From NCBI GenBank assembly GCA_963762145.1, contig CAVXJS010000015.1, positions 32,001 to 96,000 of the forward strand: DNA of 64,000 nucleotides, read 5' to 3'. The position numbers were made by a program, and so were the translations under genes. Below the pieces are notes generated by a model. It saw only the letters and a program-made list of their open reading frames with translations. It made no database searches and had not been told where the DNA came from. The first letter of the stretch is position 1, and each line of letters opens with the position of its first letter. Origin of the DNA: an uncultured Candidatus Rokubacteria bacterium (GTDB lineage Bacteria > Methylomirabilota > Methylomirabilia > Rokubacteriales > CSP1-6). This document shows positions 29,937 to 40,203 of the stretch, one piece after another.

Positions 29937-30812
29937 CTACTCGGGCAGTCCGTTGAGCAGGTACATGGCCGCGATGAGGGGGCCCGCGGTGGTCATGGAT
30001 CCGAACCACTTCTCGAAGATCGGCACCACCTCGCCCGAGCGGTACGTCTGGGCCAGCGCGCGATTCACCGAGAGCCGGAACGCCGAGTCGCCCCGCCGGA
30101 GCATCAGACCGTACGGCTCGTAGGAGAAGTAGTCGTCGACGAGCGAGAGCTTGGCGGGGTCCTTGGATGTCCGGCCGATCCCGATCAGGATGACCCGGTC
30201 GGAGGCATAGGCGTCGGCGGTGCCGGCATCCAGCGCCGCCACCCCGGCGGCGTGGTCCTTCACCGTGACCATGGTCGCGCTCACGGTGTGCTTCTTGAGC
30301 GCGGCGGCCAGGCTCTTCTCCGTCGTGGTGCCCGGGATGATCGCGATGCGCTTGCCCCCGAGCGTGGACACGCCGCGAATCATCGAGGAGTCCGTGACGA
30401 GCAGGCTCCCGCCGTCGGCAAAGGTCAGGTTGCTGAAGTCCACTTGCTCCTGTCGGGACAGGGCGGCCGTCGTGGACCCGCACTCGAGATCGATCGTGCC
30501 GTTGGCGACCGCCTGCATCCGGTTCTCCACCGTGACCTTGACCCACTTGACCTGGAGGCCCGGCAGGGCGAGCTCCTTGCCCACGCTGGCCGCGACGCGC
30601 GTGCAGAGATCCACCGAGTACCCGGCCGGCTTGCCGTCGTCGCCCACGAAGGAGAACGGGCGCGAAGATTCCCGATAGCCGAGCGAGATGGTGTTGCCCT
30701 GCTTGATCTTCTTCAGCGTCCCGTCCGGCTGGGCCAGCGCGGGACCGGCCAGCATGGCGATCGTCAGGAGCAGCGTCAGCGAGCGAAGCGATCGGATCAT
30801 CGTGTCCCTCAT
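29937..30812 (-). CDS. amino-acid ABC transporter substrate-binding protein (GltI-like)
   Basis: TLKKIK...LGYRESSRPFSF...GYSVDLC...IDLECGSTT...SYEPYGLMLRRGD. Confidence 0.88.
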   Translation of the reverse strand: MRDTMIRSLRSLTLLLTIAMLAGPALAQPDGTLKKIKQGNTISLGYRESSRPFSFVGDDGKPAGYSVDLCTRVAASVGKELALPGLQVKWVKVTVENRMQAVANGTIDLECGSTTAALSRQEQVDFSNLTFADGGSLLVTDSSMIRGVSTLGGKRIAIIPGTTTEKSLAAALKKHTVSATMVTVKDHAAGVAALDAGTADAYASDRVILIGIGRTSKDPAKLSLVDDYFSYEPYGLMLRRGDSAFRLSVNRALAQTYRSGEVVPIFEKWFGSMTTAGPLIAAMYLLNGLPE

Positions 30813-31732
30813 GTTTTCTTCCAGCTCCCGTCGGGGTTGAAGAGCTTGATGCCGCGCGCGATGGCCGCGGTGTTCGGACCCAGGTCCTTCTGGTAGACGA
30901 CGCCGTCGTGGTTGACGATGAAGGTCATCACTCCGGAGATACCATACTGGGCCGGGAAGGCCACCAAGGCGAATCCGCCGATCATGCGCCCGTGGGCCAC
31001 GTAGTCGTAGGCCCCGCCCGGGGCGTCGGGGCCCTGAGCGGTGAGGATGCGGTAGAAGTAGCCCTGGTAGGGAACCGGCGCGATTCGGCCCTGCCTTCCA
31101 TAGCCCTCGCTCCGAGCCTGTACCACCAGTGGCCCGAGCGGGCTCGGCGCCTCCCCGGCCTTCGTCTCCCAGAACAGGCCGTCCCGCTTACCGGGCGAGC
31201 TCCCGAAGTGCTGGGCGTACTCGCGCAGGCCGTCGGCATTTCGATCATCCGAGTAGTACTCGCGCTGCGCGTCGGCGTAAGCCAGGGACACCTGGATCGC
31301 GTGGAGCTCGTTTCGTCCGATGCGGCGGTTGACGATCTCCTCCTTCCCCGCCTTCGTGTCGAAGCGCCAGACCGGGCCCTCCGGCACCAGGGGAATCGGG
31401 AACGGGAAATCGTCCGGGCCCACGAAGAGGACCACCTTCCCGCCGCCGCCCTCGAGGCGATGGGCCTTGTCATACTCGGCGGCGAACCGTTGCCCGGTGT
31501 TGCGGTCGGCGACCGGGTCGCCCGAGTCGACCAGCGGCAGCCCCTCCGGCCCCAGGATCGCGAGCAGCGTCTTCTTATCGCCGGCCTTGATCGCATCGAC
31601 CAGCGCCGTCGTCGCCTGCTCCAGCGAGGCGAACCGGCGCTGCTGACCATCGGCCGCGAAGAGTCGCGGCTCCGGCGCGGACATCAGGATCAGGGCGAGC
31701 AGCAGCGCAACGAGCCGTCCTAGCGCTCTCAT
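30809..31732 (-). CDS. DUF2950 family protein
   Basis: FPFPIPLV...RRIGRNEL...YADAQREY...PYQGYFYRIL...GGFALVAFPAQYGISGVMTFIVNHDGVVYQKDLG. Confidence 0.88.
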   Translation of the reverse strand: MRALGRLVALLLALILMSAPEPRLFAADGQQRRFASLEQATTALVDAIKAGDKKTLLAILGPEGLPLVDSGDPVADRNTGQRFAAEYDKAHRLEGGGGKVVLFVGPDDFPFPIPLVPEGPVWRFDTKAGKEEIVNRRIGRNELHAIQVSLAYADAQREYYSDDRNADGLREYAQHFGSSPGKRDGLFWETKAGEAPSPLGPLVVQARSEGYGRQGRIAPVPYQGYFYRILTAQGPDAPGGAYDYVAHGRMIGGFALVAFPAQYGISGVMTFIVNHDGVVYQKDLGPNTAAIARGIKLFNPDGSWKKT

Positions 31733-33189
31733 CGGCGGCCGCCTCCACGACCACCGCCGCCACCGCGGGACCCCCCGCTCGAGGCGCCGCTCGGTCTGGT
31801 CTGAGCACGCGACCCACTCCCCGAGCTCATGCTCTGGCGACTCGATCCACCCCCCGCGCTCATGCTGCTCTGGCGACTCGATTGCCCTCGGTTGCTGGAG
31901 GCCTGCGCCTCGCGCCCCTCGCCCATGCCCTGGAAGGCGCTCCCGCCTCCGCTCTCCGCCCCGCGGGCGGGCTGCTGGCCCGCACCGGCCTGCCGCTGGC
32001 CGACGCCACTTCCACCGCCGGGCCCGTCTCCCCGCTGGCCGCCTTGCTGTCGCGGCTGAGCCGAAGGCTGAAAACCCGAAGCGCCGCCACCACGCGAGAT
32101 ATCCTGGCGGCCCTGCTCGGCCCGCCCGCGGAAGTTCTCGCGCGACTGAGTCGCCTGGGGATTGCCGCCCCGGTTATATTTCTGCTGGGTCGCCGAGTCG
32201 CGATACTGGGCCCCGCGCCGATTCTCCGGGTTGTGCTGAAAGTTCTCTCGGTTGCCCTGCCGCTCGGTGCGCTTGTTCGCGATGTCGGTCTTGTTCACGT
32301 TGTTCGAGAAGCTGTTGTACTGATTGTTGTTGATGTTCACGTCTCCGCTTCCCCAGTTGCAGTTACCCCACAGGGCGCCGCCCACCGCGACGCCGGCCGC
32401 GAAGGAGAACAGGCCCACGCCGGCCACGTAGCCCGGCGGGTAGTACGCGTACGGCGGGTACGCCGGGTAGGGCCAGGCGCCGTAGACGACGGTCGGATTG
32501 TACGTCGGGACGTAGACGACCTGAGGGTTCGTGGGCACGATCGTGATGACCGTCGGCGGCGCCTGCTCGACGATCACCTGCTGGGGCGCCGGCGCGGGCT
32601 GACCCGCAACAGGCGGAGGCGGCGGCGCCGGGGCCGCCGCGGCGGCCGGCTCGACCGTGACGGTCTGCTCCGCGGTGGTCTTGAGATTCCCCGAGGCCTG
32701 CGCCTTCGCCCGCAGGCGCTGGATCGCGTCCATCAGCTCCTTCTGCTGCGCCAGAAAGGCGTCCCCGAGCTTCTGGGTCCAGTCGAGCTTGCTGTCCATC
32801 ATGCCGAGAACCTGCGGGAAGGTGGTGAGCGACTTCACGCTGTCGTCCCAGGTCTGTTCCTGGAGCGCCTGGGCGAGCGGATCGCCGGTCAGGCTCGGGT
32901 TGTCCTTCATGAACCGCGCGGCCTGGACGATCTCGAGCGGGTAGGTCGAGGCCATCAGGACCTGCGCCACCAGCGGATCAGGGTACAGCGCGATCGGGGC
33001 GGCGATCTGGTCGAGCTCCTCGGCCTTGAACGGCGCGGGAGCCGGGGCAGCCAGGGGCGGTGCGGGCGGAGCCGTCTGGGCAGGTAGCAGGGGTGGCACC
33101 GCCAGGGTCAGTGCGACCACGCAGGCAAGGATCCGGTTGATCAAACGCGCGCTCACCGGACGAAGGCCATGGCATCGCTCGCAAACCAT
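31729..33189 (-). CDS. DUF3300 family exported protein with Gly/Ser/Arg-rich tail
   Basis: ELDQIAAPIALYPDPLVAQVLMASTYPLEIVQAAR...WDDSVKSL...VVYVPTYNP. Confidence 0.9.
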   Translation of the reverse strand: MVCERCHGLRPVSARLINRILACVVALTLAVPPLLPAQTAPPAPPLAAPAPAPFKAEELDQIAAPIALYPDPLVAQVLMASTYPLEIVQAARFMKDNPSLTGDPLAQALQEQTWDDSVKSLTTFPQVLGMMDSKLDWTQKLGDAFLAQQKELMDAIQRLRAKAQASGNLKTTAEQTVTVEPAAAAAPAPPPPPVAGQPAPAPQQVIVEQAPPTVITIVPTNPQVVYVPTYNPTVVYGAWPYPAYPPYAYYPPGYVAGVGLFSFAAGVAVGGALWGNCNWGSGDVNINNNQYNSFSNNVNKTDIANKRTERQGNRENFQHNPENRRGAQYRDSATQQKYNRGGNPQATQSRENFRGRAEQGRQDISRGGGASGFQPSAQPRQQGGQRGDGPGGGSGVGQRQAGAGQQPARGAESGGGSAFQGMGEGREAQASSNRGQSSRQSSMSAGGGSSRQSMSSGSGSRAQTRPSGASSGGSRGGGGGRGGGRR

Positions 33190-33263
33190 TGAACTGACAT
33201 GGGGACTCCTTTCCCGTCGACAGACCCGTCGCGCGATTCTGCTGCGGGTCCGGTGGAAAAGCC

Positions 33264-33281
33264 ATAAGACTTTGGTCCTAT
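33264..33281. promoter_or_regulatory. palindrome site 11 ATAAGACTTTGGTCCTAT
   Basis: CAGAAT 22 nt downstream on -, ahead of the DUF3300 operon. Confidence 0.82.
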
Positions 33282-33304
33282 GGAGCCCCCGGCTCAGCGC
33301 AGGC

Positions 33305-33909
33305 TCAGCTTACCGAGTAGCCACGCCCCGTCATGCACACGCCGAACGCGCGATTGTAGTTGGCCCGCCCCTGATCGAGGGTGTTCTGCTGCTGCGACGC
33401 GTAACTCGCCTGTTGCTGCCGATCCTGCTCGACCTGCTCCGCCCGCCGCATGAGCCCGAAGAGACCGCCGACCGCGGCCCCGATGGCGGCCCCCTTGCCG
33501 GCGTCCCCGCCGATGGCGCCGCCGACCGCGCCGAGGGCCGCGCCGCCGAAGGCCCCCCGGAGCAGCCCATCCTGGGGAGCCGCCTGCATGGGCGGCGGTG
33601 CCGTGGGCGGCGGGGGATTTGCGGAATCGAATCCGCTCTGCTGAACGGCCCAGCTATAGCACTGACCCCGATCGAACTCCTGCCGCTGCCCAGACTGACC
33701 TTTCTCGGGATAGACGAAGGTCTGTGCGGCGCCGAGGAGGCCGGCAGGGGCGGGGTGGCTGCCATCGGAGGGACACCCATCGCCGGGCTCACCCCCATTC
33801 TGGGCGCAGCCCGCCATCGTCAGCAGGACACACGCTCCCGCCAACCTGCATGGCGGCTCGCGAGGCTCGCATGAGGACACGGTCGGCTCGTAGCACCTCG
33901 GCGCGCATG
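33305..33909 (-). CDS. glycine-zipper lipoprotein (paralog of 17564..18040), probable 5' frameshift ~33845
   Basis: MAGC lipobox; FVYPEKGQS...DRGQC...GAALGAVGGAIGGDAGKGAAIGA...YNRAFGVCMTGRGYSVS; RBS-linked ATG 33909 is out of frame. Confidence 0.65.
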
Positions 33910-34002
33910 ACGTGAGTTCCTCTCTTCCCTGGTGGGCTGGACGCGCGAGAGTGTAAACGTCGGGTCGGGGCGATCCGCCATCGTCCCTTCGTCTCACGGC
34001 GC

Positions 34003-34020
34003 ATGAGACCAAAGTCCTAT
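34003..34020. promoter_or_regulatory. palindrome site 12 ATGAGACCAAAGTCCTAT
   Basis: GAATAT 22 nt downstream on +. Confidence 0.78.
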
Positions 34021-34113
34021 ACCGCTCCGCCATCCGCGCGTTGAATATTGCCCCAGCGGTGAGTCACGCTCGGGATGGCAACGCATATCTGCTATGATCC
34101 GCCGACGGCACGC

Positions 34114-34131
34114 ATGACACCTTGGTGCTAT
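34114..34131. promoter_or_regulatory. palindrome site 13 ATGACACCTTGGTGCTAT
   Basis: TAGATT 23 nt downstream on +, ahead of the RND operon. Confidence 0.68.
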
Positions 34132-34208
34132 AGGCATCCTGCCTGGAAGTTGCTTAGATTCTGAAAGCTGGTGACTGGGTACCGGTACCCCGGCAGAGGA
34201 GGCGCACG

Positions 34209-35600
34209 ATGATGTTCGACCTGCAATCGACGTTCTGGCGGCGACGGTCGCTCGGCTTGTGGCTCGGCGGCATGGGCTTGCTGGCCCTGACCGCGGGGTG
34301 CGACAAGGCCAAGAGCAAGGAAGTCGCGGCGGCCCCGCCCAGCGTGATCGTGGTCGAGGTCGTGCAGCGCACGGTGCCCATCGTGCGCGACTTCACGGCC
34401 CGGACCGAGGCCATCCCGACCGTCGAGGTGAGGGCCCGCGTCGCGGGCATGCTCGAGGAGGTGCTGTTCAAGGAAGGCAGCGAGGTCAAGCAGGGACAGC
34501 CCCTGTTCACCATCCAGCGCGAGGAGTACACGGCCTCGCTGGAAACAGCAAAGGCCCAGCTCGCCAAGGCGCAGGCCGACCTCACGCGGGCCCGGGACAC
34601 GTCCGTGGTGGATCGCGCGCGCGCTCAGCTCGACGAGCGTAAGGCCGATCTCGGCAAGGCGCAGAAGGACGTCGCCCGGTATAAGCCGCTGGCCGAGGCT
34701 CGGGCCATCCCGCAGCAGGACCTCGACACATCTCAGGCCCAGGAGAAGGTGGCCCTGGCCGCGGTCGAGGTCGGGGAAGCCGCCCTCAGGGACGCGGTGC
34801 TCGTCCAGCGTACCCAGGTCCAGCTTTCCGAAGCGGCGATTCTGTCGGCACGGGCGTCCGTGACCCAGGCGGATCTGAACCTCGGTTACACGACGGTGCG
34901 GGCTCCCATCAGCGGGATGATCGGGAAGATCAAGGTGGACCGGGGCAACCTGGTCGGCAAGAGCGAGCCCACGCTCCTGGCCACGGTCTCCGCCCTGGAC
35001 CCGATCTACGTCGAGTTCGCGGTCGCCGAGGCGGACTACCTCCGGCTCGCCCCGCGCGTTCGCGTCGACCCCCAGGGGCGGGTGCAGAGCCGGGACGCCG
35101 CCCAGCTCGAGCTGTTCCTGGCCGACGACAGCCGCTTCCCGCAGAAGGGGCGCCTGGTCTTCGTGGACCGGGCGCTCGACCAGAAGAGCGGCACCATCGG
35201 CGTGCAGGCCGAGTTCCCCAACCCGAGCAGGCTGCTCCGGCCGGGACAGTTCGCCCGCATACGCGGAGTGGTCGACGAGCGGACGGATGCGGTGCTCGTC
35301 CCGCAGCTCGCCGTGCAGGAGCAGCAGGGGTCCAAGACGGTGCTGGTCGTGGAAGACGGCGACAAGGTGGCGCTTCGGCCCGTGACCCTCGATGAGCGCA
35401 TCGGGGAGCTCTACATCGTGACGTCCGGGCTCAAGGCCGGCGAGCGGGTCATCGTGGATGGAGTCCAGAAGGTGCGGCCCGGCATGCAGGTCAAGGCCGA
35501 GCTCAAGGCGGCCGCCGGCTCCGCGCCTGCGCCCGCGCCGACACCGGCACCGGCGCCGACCCCCGCGCCGCCGGCCGCCAAGCCGAAGAGCGGAGGGTAG
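34209..35600 (+). CDS. RND efflux periplasmic adaptor (MFP) lipoprotein
   Basis: TAGC lipobox; VEVRARVAG, LGYTTVRAPISG, FPNP..LLRPGQF, GLKAGERVIVDG. Confidence 0.92.
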   Translation: MMFDLQSTFWRRRSLGLWLGGMGLLALTAGCDKAKSKEVAAAPPSVIVVEVVQRTVPIVRDFTARTEAIPTVEVRARVAGMLEEVLFKEGSEVKQGQPLFTIQREEYTASLETAKAQLAKAQADLTRARDTSVVDRARAQLDERKADLGKAQKDVARYKPLAEARAIPQQDLDTSQAQEKVALAAVEVGEAALRDAVLVQRTQVQLSEAAILSARASVTQADLNLGYTTVRAPISGMIGKIKVDRGNLVGKSEPTLLATVSALDPIYVEFAVAEADYLRLAPRVRVDPQGRVQSRDAAQLELFLADDSRFPQKGRLVFVDRALDQKSGTIGVQAEFPNPSRLLRPGQFARIRGVVDERTDAVLVPQLAVQEQQGSKTVLVVEDGDKVALRPVTLDERIGELYIVTSGLKAGERVIVDGVQKVRPGMQVKAELKAAAGSAPAPAPTPAPAPTPAPPAAKPKSGG

Positions 35601-35603
35601 CCC

Positions 35604-38600
35604 TTGGCCCAGTTCTTCATCAATCGCCCGATCGTCGCGATCGTCATCGCGATCATGACCGTCCTGCTCGGGGGCTTCGCGCTCACCGGGCTCAGCATCG
35701 AGCAGTATCCCTTCCTCGCCCCGCCCACGATCCGCGTCACGGCCACGTATCCGGGCGCCTCGGCGGTCGCGGTGGAGCAGTCGGTGGCCACGCCGGTCGA
35801 GCAGGAAGTCAACGGCGTGGAGTCGATGATCTACATGCAATCGTCCAACACGAGCGACGGCCGCATGCTGCTGGACGTCAGCTTCACGGTGGGCGTCGAT
35901 CAGGACAAGGCCAACGTGCTCACCCAGAACCGCGTCACGTCGGCCCAGGCGCGCCTGCCGCAGGAAGTGAACGCCCAGGGCGTGACCGTGAAGAAGCAGA
36001 GCCCGAGCATCCTGATGCTCATCTCGGTCTACTCGCCCAAAGGGGCCTACGACGCGAACTACCTGATCAACTACTGCGGGATCAACCTGCGGGACCAGCT
36101 CCTGCGCATCCCCGGCATCGCCCAGGTGGACCTGTTCGGCGGCACCGACTACGGCATGCGCATCTGGCTCAAGCCCGACAGGCTGGCCAAGCTGGGGTTG
36201 ACGCCGGCAGACGTCATCTCCTCGATCAAGGAGCAGAACCTCCAGGCTCCGGCGGGCCGGATCGGCGCAGCGCCCTCGCCCAAGGACCAGCAGTTCACCT
36301 ACACCGTGTCCGCTCCCGGCCGGCTCACCCTGCCCTCGGAGTTCGAGAACATCATCATTCGGGGCACGGAGGCCGCCGCCCAGGTCCGCGTCCGGGACGT
36401 GGGCCGTGCCGAGCTCGGCTCCCAGGACTACAACTCGTTCGGACGCCTCGACGGCAAGCCCGCCGGGGCGATGGCGATCTACCTGCTGCCGGGGGCCAAC
36501 CAGCTCCAGGCATCTCAGGCGATCTACGACACGATGGAGCGGGCGAAGGGTCTCTTCCCGCCGGACATGGACTACAAGATCGTCTACGACACGACTCCCG
36601 CCGTCAAGGCGTCGATCGAGGGGATCATCCACACGTTCGTCGAGGCGATCATCCTCGTGACCCTCGTCGTGTTCATCTTCCTGCAGAGCGTGCGGGCGAC
36701 GATCATCCCTCTCCTCACCGTGCCCGTCTCGCTCATCGGCACCTTCCTGTTCTTCCCCCTGCTGGGCTTCTCGGTGAACACGCTGTCGATGTTCGGCCTC
36801 GTGCTCGCCATCGGCATCGTCGTCGACGACGCCATCGTCGTGGTCGAGGCGGTGATGCACCATATCGAGCACGGCCTGGCCCCGCGGGAGGCAACCGTCC
36901 AGGCCATGAAGGAGGTGTCGGCTCCGGTCATCGGCATCGCCCTCATCCTCTCGGCCGTGTTCGTCCCGGTCGCGTTCCTGGGCGGCCTCACCGGCCAGAT
37001 GTACCAGCAGTTCGCCCTGACCATCGCCATCTCGGTGCTGCTGTCGGCCTTCAGCGCGCTCTCGCTCGCGCCGGCGCTCTCGGTGATGCTGCTCAAGCCT
37101 GCCCACGGGCCGATGAGGGGCCCGCTCGGGAAGTTCTTCGGATTGTTCAATCGCGGGTTCGATCGGGCGACCAACGGCTACATCCACGTCACGCGGCTGC
37201 TCGTTCGACGCGCGGTACTGACGATCGTGCTCGTCGCGGTGGTGGCGGTGGGCGCGGGCCTCTTCGGCCGCGCGCTGCCGGCGGGGTTCATCCCGGACGA
37301 GGACCAGGGCATCATGGGGGTCAACATCCAGCTCCCGCCCGGGGCGTCCCTCGAGCGGACGGGCGCGGTGCTGACCCAGGTCGAGCAGATCGTGGCGAAG
37401 ACCCCGGGGGTCGACTCGTTCTCGACGATCGGTGGCTTCGGGCTCGTCACCAACACCTTCCAGCCTAACTTCGGGACCCTCTTCGTCCGCCTCAAGCCCT
37501 GGGGCGAGCGTCACGGCCCCGACCTCCACGTCAAGGGGGTCATGGCCAGCCTGCAGCGAGACTTCTCGAAGATTCCCGAGGCGATCATCTTCCCCTTCAA
37601 CATTCCGACGATCTCGGGGTTCGGCGCCTCGGCGGGCTTCAAGATGCTGCTCCAGGACCGGAGCGGCACGCTCTCGGTGCAACAGCTCGGGGCCGAGATC
37701 GGCAAGTTCCTGGCCGCCGCCCGCCAGCGGCCCGAGCTCGGCAACCTCTTCACCTCGTTCGACCCGAACTACCCTCAGGTCAAGGTCGAGCTCGACCGGG
37801 AGAAGGCGCGCTCGCTCGGTGTCCCCGTCAACGAGGTGTTCCAGGCGATGTCGGCGGCCATGGGCGGGACCTACGTGAACGACTTCAACCGGTTCGGGCG
37901 GCTCTTCCGGGTGTACGTGCAGGCGGAGGCCGACTACCGTCGCAAGCCTCGCGACATCGGCGACATCTACGTCCGCAGCGCGAGCGGAACCATGATCCCC
38001 CTCTCGACGCTCGTGACCATCTCGTCGGAGGCGGGCAGCGAGATCACCACGCGCTTCAACCTGTTCCGCTCCGTCGAGATCAGCGGGGCCCCGGCGCGCG
38101 GCTACACGTCCGGACAGGCGCTGGCCGCTCTCGAGGAGGTCTTCGCGCAGACCATGCCGAAGGAGATGGGCTTCGCCTACTCCGGCCTGTCCTATCAGGA
38201 GAAGGTGGCGCCGCCCGCGGGGCCGATCTTCGTCCTCGCCATCGTGTTCGTGTTCCTCCTGCTCGCCGCCATGTACGAGAGCTGGCGCCTGCCCTGGGCG
38301 GTGCTGCTCGGCTCTCCGCTGGTCGCCCTCGGCGCCTTCTTCGGGGTCTGGCTGATGGGCTACGACAACAACGTGTACGTCCAGGTCGGCCTCATCATGC
38401 TCATCGGCCTCGCGGCCAAGAACGCGATCCTCATCGTCGAGTTCGCGAAGGCCAAGCACGACGCGGGCGCCTCGGCCCAGGAGGCGGCGATCGAGTCCGC
38501 GCGGCTGCGCTTCCGGCCCATCCTGATGACGGCCTTCGCCTTCATCCTGGGCGTGGTGCCGCTTGATGCTCGCGAGCGGCGCGGGCTCCGGGCGCCCAGA

Positions 38601-38776
38601 ACGTCATGGGCACCGCGGTGTTCTGGGGCATGCTGGTGGCGACCGCGCTCGGGGTGTTCCTCATCCCCGGCAACTTCGCCTTCGTCGAGGGGCTGGGGCG
38701 GTCCAAGACAAAGCGCCCCGCGCCGGCGCCCGCGCCGCACACCGGCGTGGCGCTGGGCGAGCAGGGGCATCCGTGA
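35604..38776 (+). CDS. RND efflux permease (HAE1/AcrB-like), frameshifts ~38560-38600
   Basis: FFINRPIVA, EQYP, AIGIVVDDAIVVVE, GLAAKNAILIVEFA, RFRPILMT. Confidence 0.92.
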
Positions 38777-40161
38777 GACGCGCGGCGCTGATACCGGCGG
38801 CGGCCCTCCTCCTGGCCGCGCTGTACCGTGGGGCCCGACTATCGCCGGCCCACGGTGGACACGCCCCCTGACTTCCGCGGCGCCATCGTGCCCGCGAGCG
38901 GGCAGTCACTCGCCGATCTCACCTGGTGGGAGATCTTCCCGGACGAGGCCCTGCAGTCGCTCATCCGCACCGCGCTCGCCCAGAACTACGACGTGCGCAT
39001 CGCGGCCGCCCGCATCCTCGACGCGCGCGCCCAGGTCACGATCGCCCGCTCGTTCCAGTTCCCGGAAGCGGCGGGCTCCGCCAGCGCCCAGTACCAGCGG
39101 GTCGAGGGAACGCTCGCTCCCTTCCAGATAAAGGAGACCTTGGCCCCGGTCGGGGGGCTCGACTTGTTCTTCGAGCTCGACCTCTGGGGCCGGTACCGCC
39201 GCGGGTCGGAGGCGGCGCGGGCCGAGCTGCTCGCCAGCGAAGAGTCCCGGCGGTTCGTGATCAACACGTTGGTCTCCGACGTGGGCTCGGCCTACTTCCA
39301 GCTCCGGTCGCTGGACGAGGAGCTCGAGATCTCCCGCCGGACGCTCGACTCGCGAACGGCGTCGCTGGACCTGGTCAAGCTGCGCGAGGCCGGCGGCGTG
39401 GCGGGCATGCTGGACGTGCGGCAGTCGGAGATCCTGGTGGCCACCGCGGCCGAGGCGATCCCGGACATCGAGCGCCAGATCGAGCAGACGGAGAACGTGA
39501 TCAGCGTGCTCCTGGGGCGGCCCCCGGGGCCCATACCGCGCGGCCGCCCCCTCGGCGAGCAGATCACCGTGCCCGCAGTCCCCGCCGGTCTGCCCTCGAC
39601 CCTGCTCGAGCGGCGACCCGACGTTCGCCAGGTCGAGGAGCAGCTCGCCGCGGCCACGGCGCGCATCGGGGTCGCCAAGTCCGACTACTTCCCGCGCGTG
39701 TTCCTGACGCGGCGCCGTGGGGGCCGGCGGCATCATGGTGGATGGCCGGATGTTCGGCCCGCAAGGCATCTTCTCGGCCCTCCCGTCGTTCACGGTCCCG
39801 ATCTTCAACTCGGGCCGCGTCTCGGCCGGGGTCAAGTCCGCCGAGGCGCAGGCCCAGGCGGCCGATGTTCCAGTACCAGCAGGTGGTGCTCGGGGCCTTC
39901 CGCGACGTGTCCGACTCGCTCGTGGAATTCCGCAAGCGCCGCGAGTCCCGGGTCCAGCAGGAGCTACTGGCCATCGCCGCCGGCGACGCGACGCGGCTGT
40001 CGAACATGCGCTACACGGGCGGGGTGTCGCCGTACCTGGAGGTCCTCGACTCCGAGCGCCAGCTCTTCGACGCCGAGCTGAGGCTGGTCCGGAATCAGCG
40101 CGACGAGCTGCTCGCCGTCGTCCGGCTCTACAAGGCGCTGGGCGGCGGATGGAAGGAATGA
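38773..40161 (+). CDS. outer membrane efflux lipoprotein (NodT/OprM family), frameshifted (~38822, ~39710, ~39862)
   Basis: GPDYRRP, FELDLWGRYR, LLERRPDVR, YLEVLDSER, LYKALGGGW. Confidence 0.88.
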
Positions 40162-40203
40162 GCAGCGCGGATCCGCCCCGCCTCTGATCCTCGAAGTCCG
40201 CGG

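Noticed and set aside
34128-38459. Very long antisense or alternate-frame ORFs (e.g. 1443 aa here, 41559..44375, 24050..26458, 4168..6627)
   Set aside because: Shadows of real genes in high-GC DNA; no family motifs
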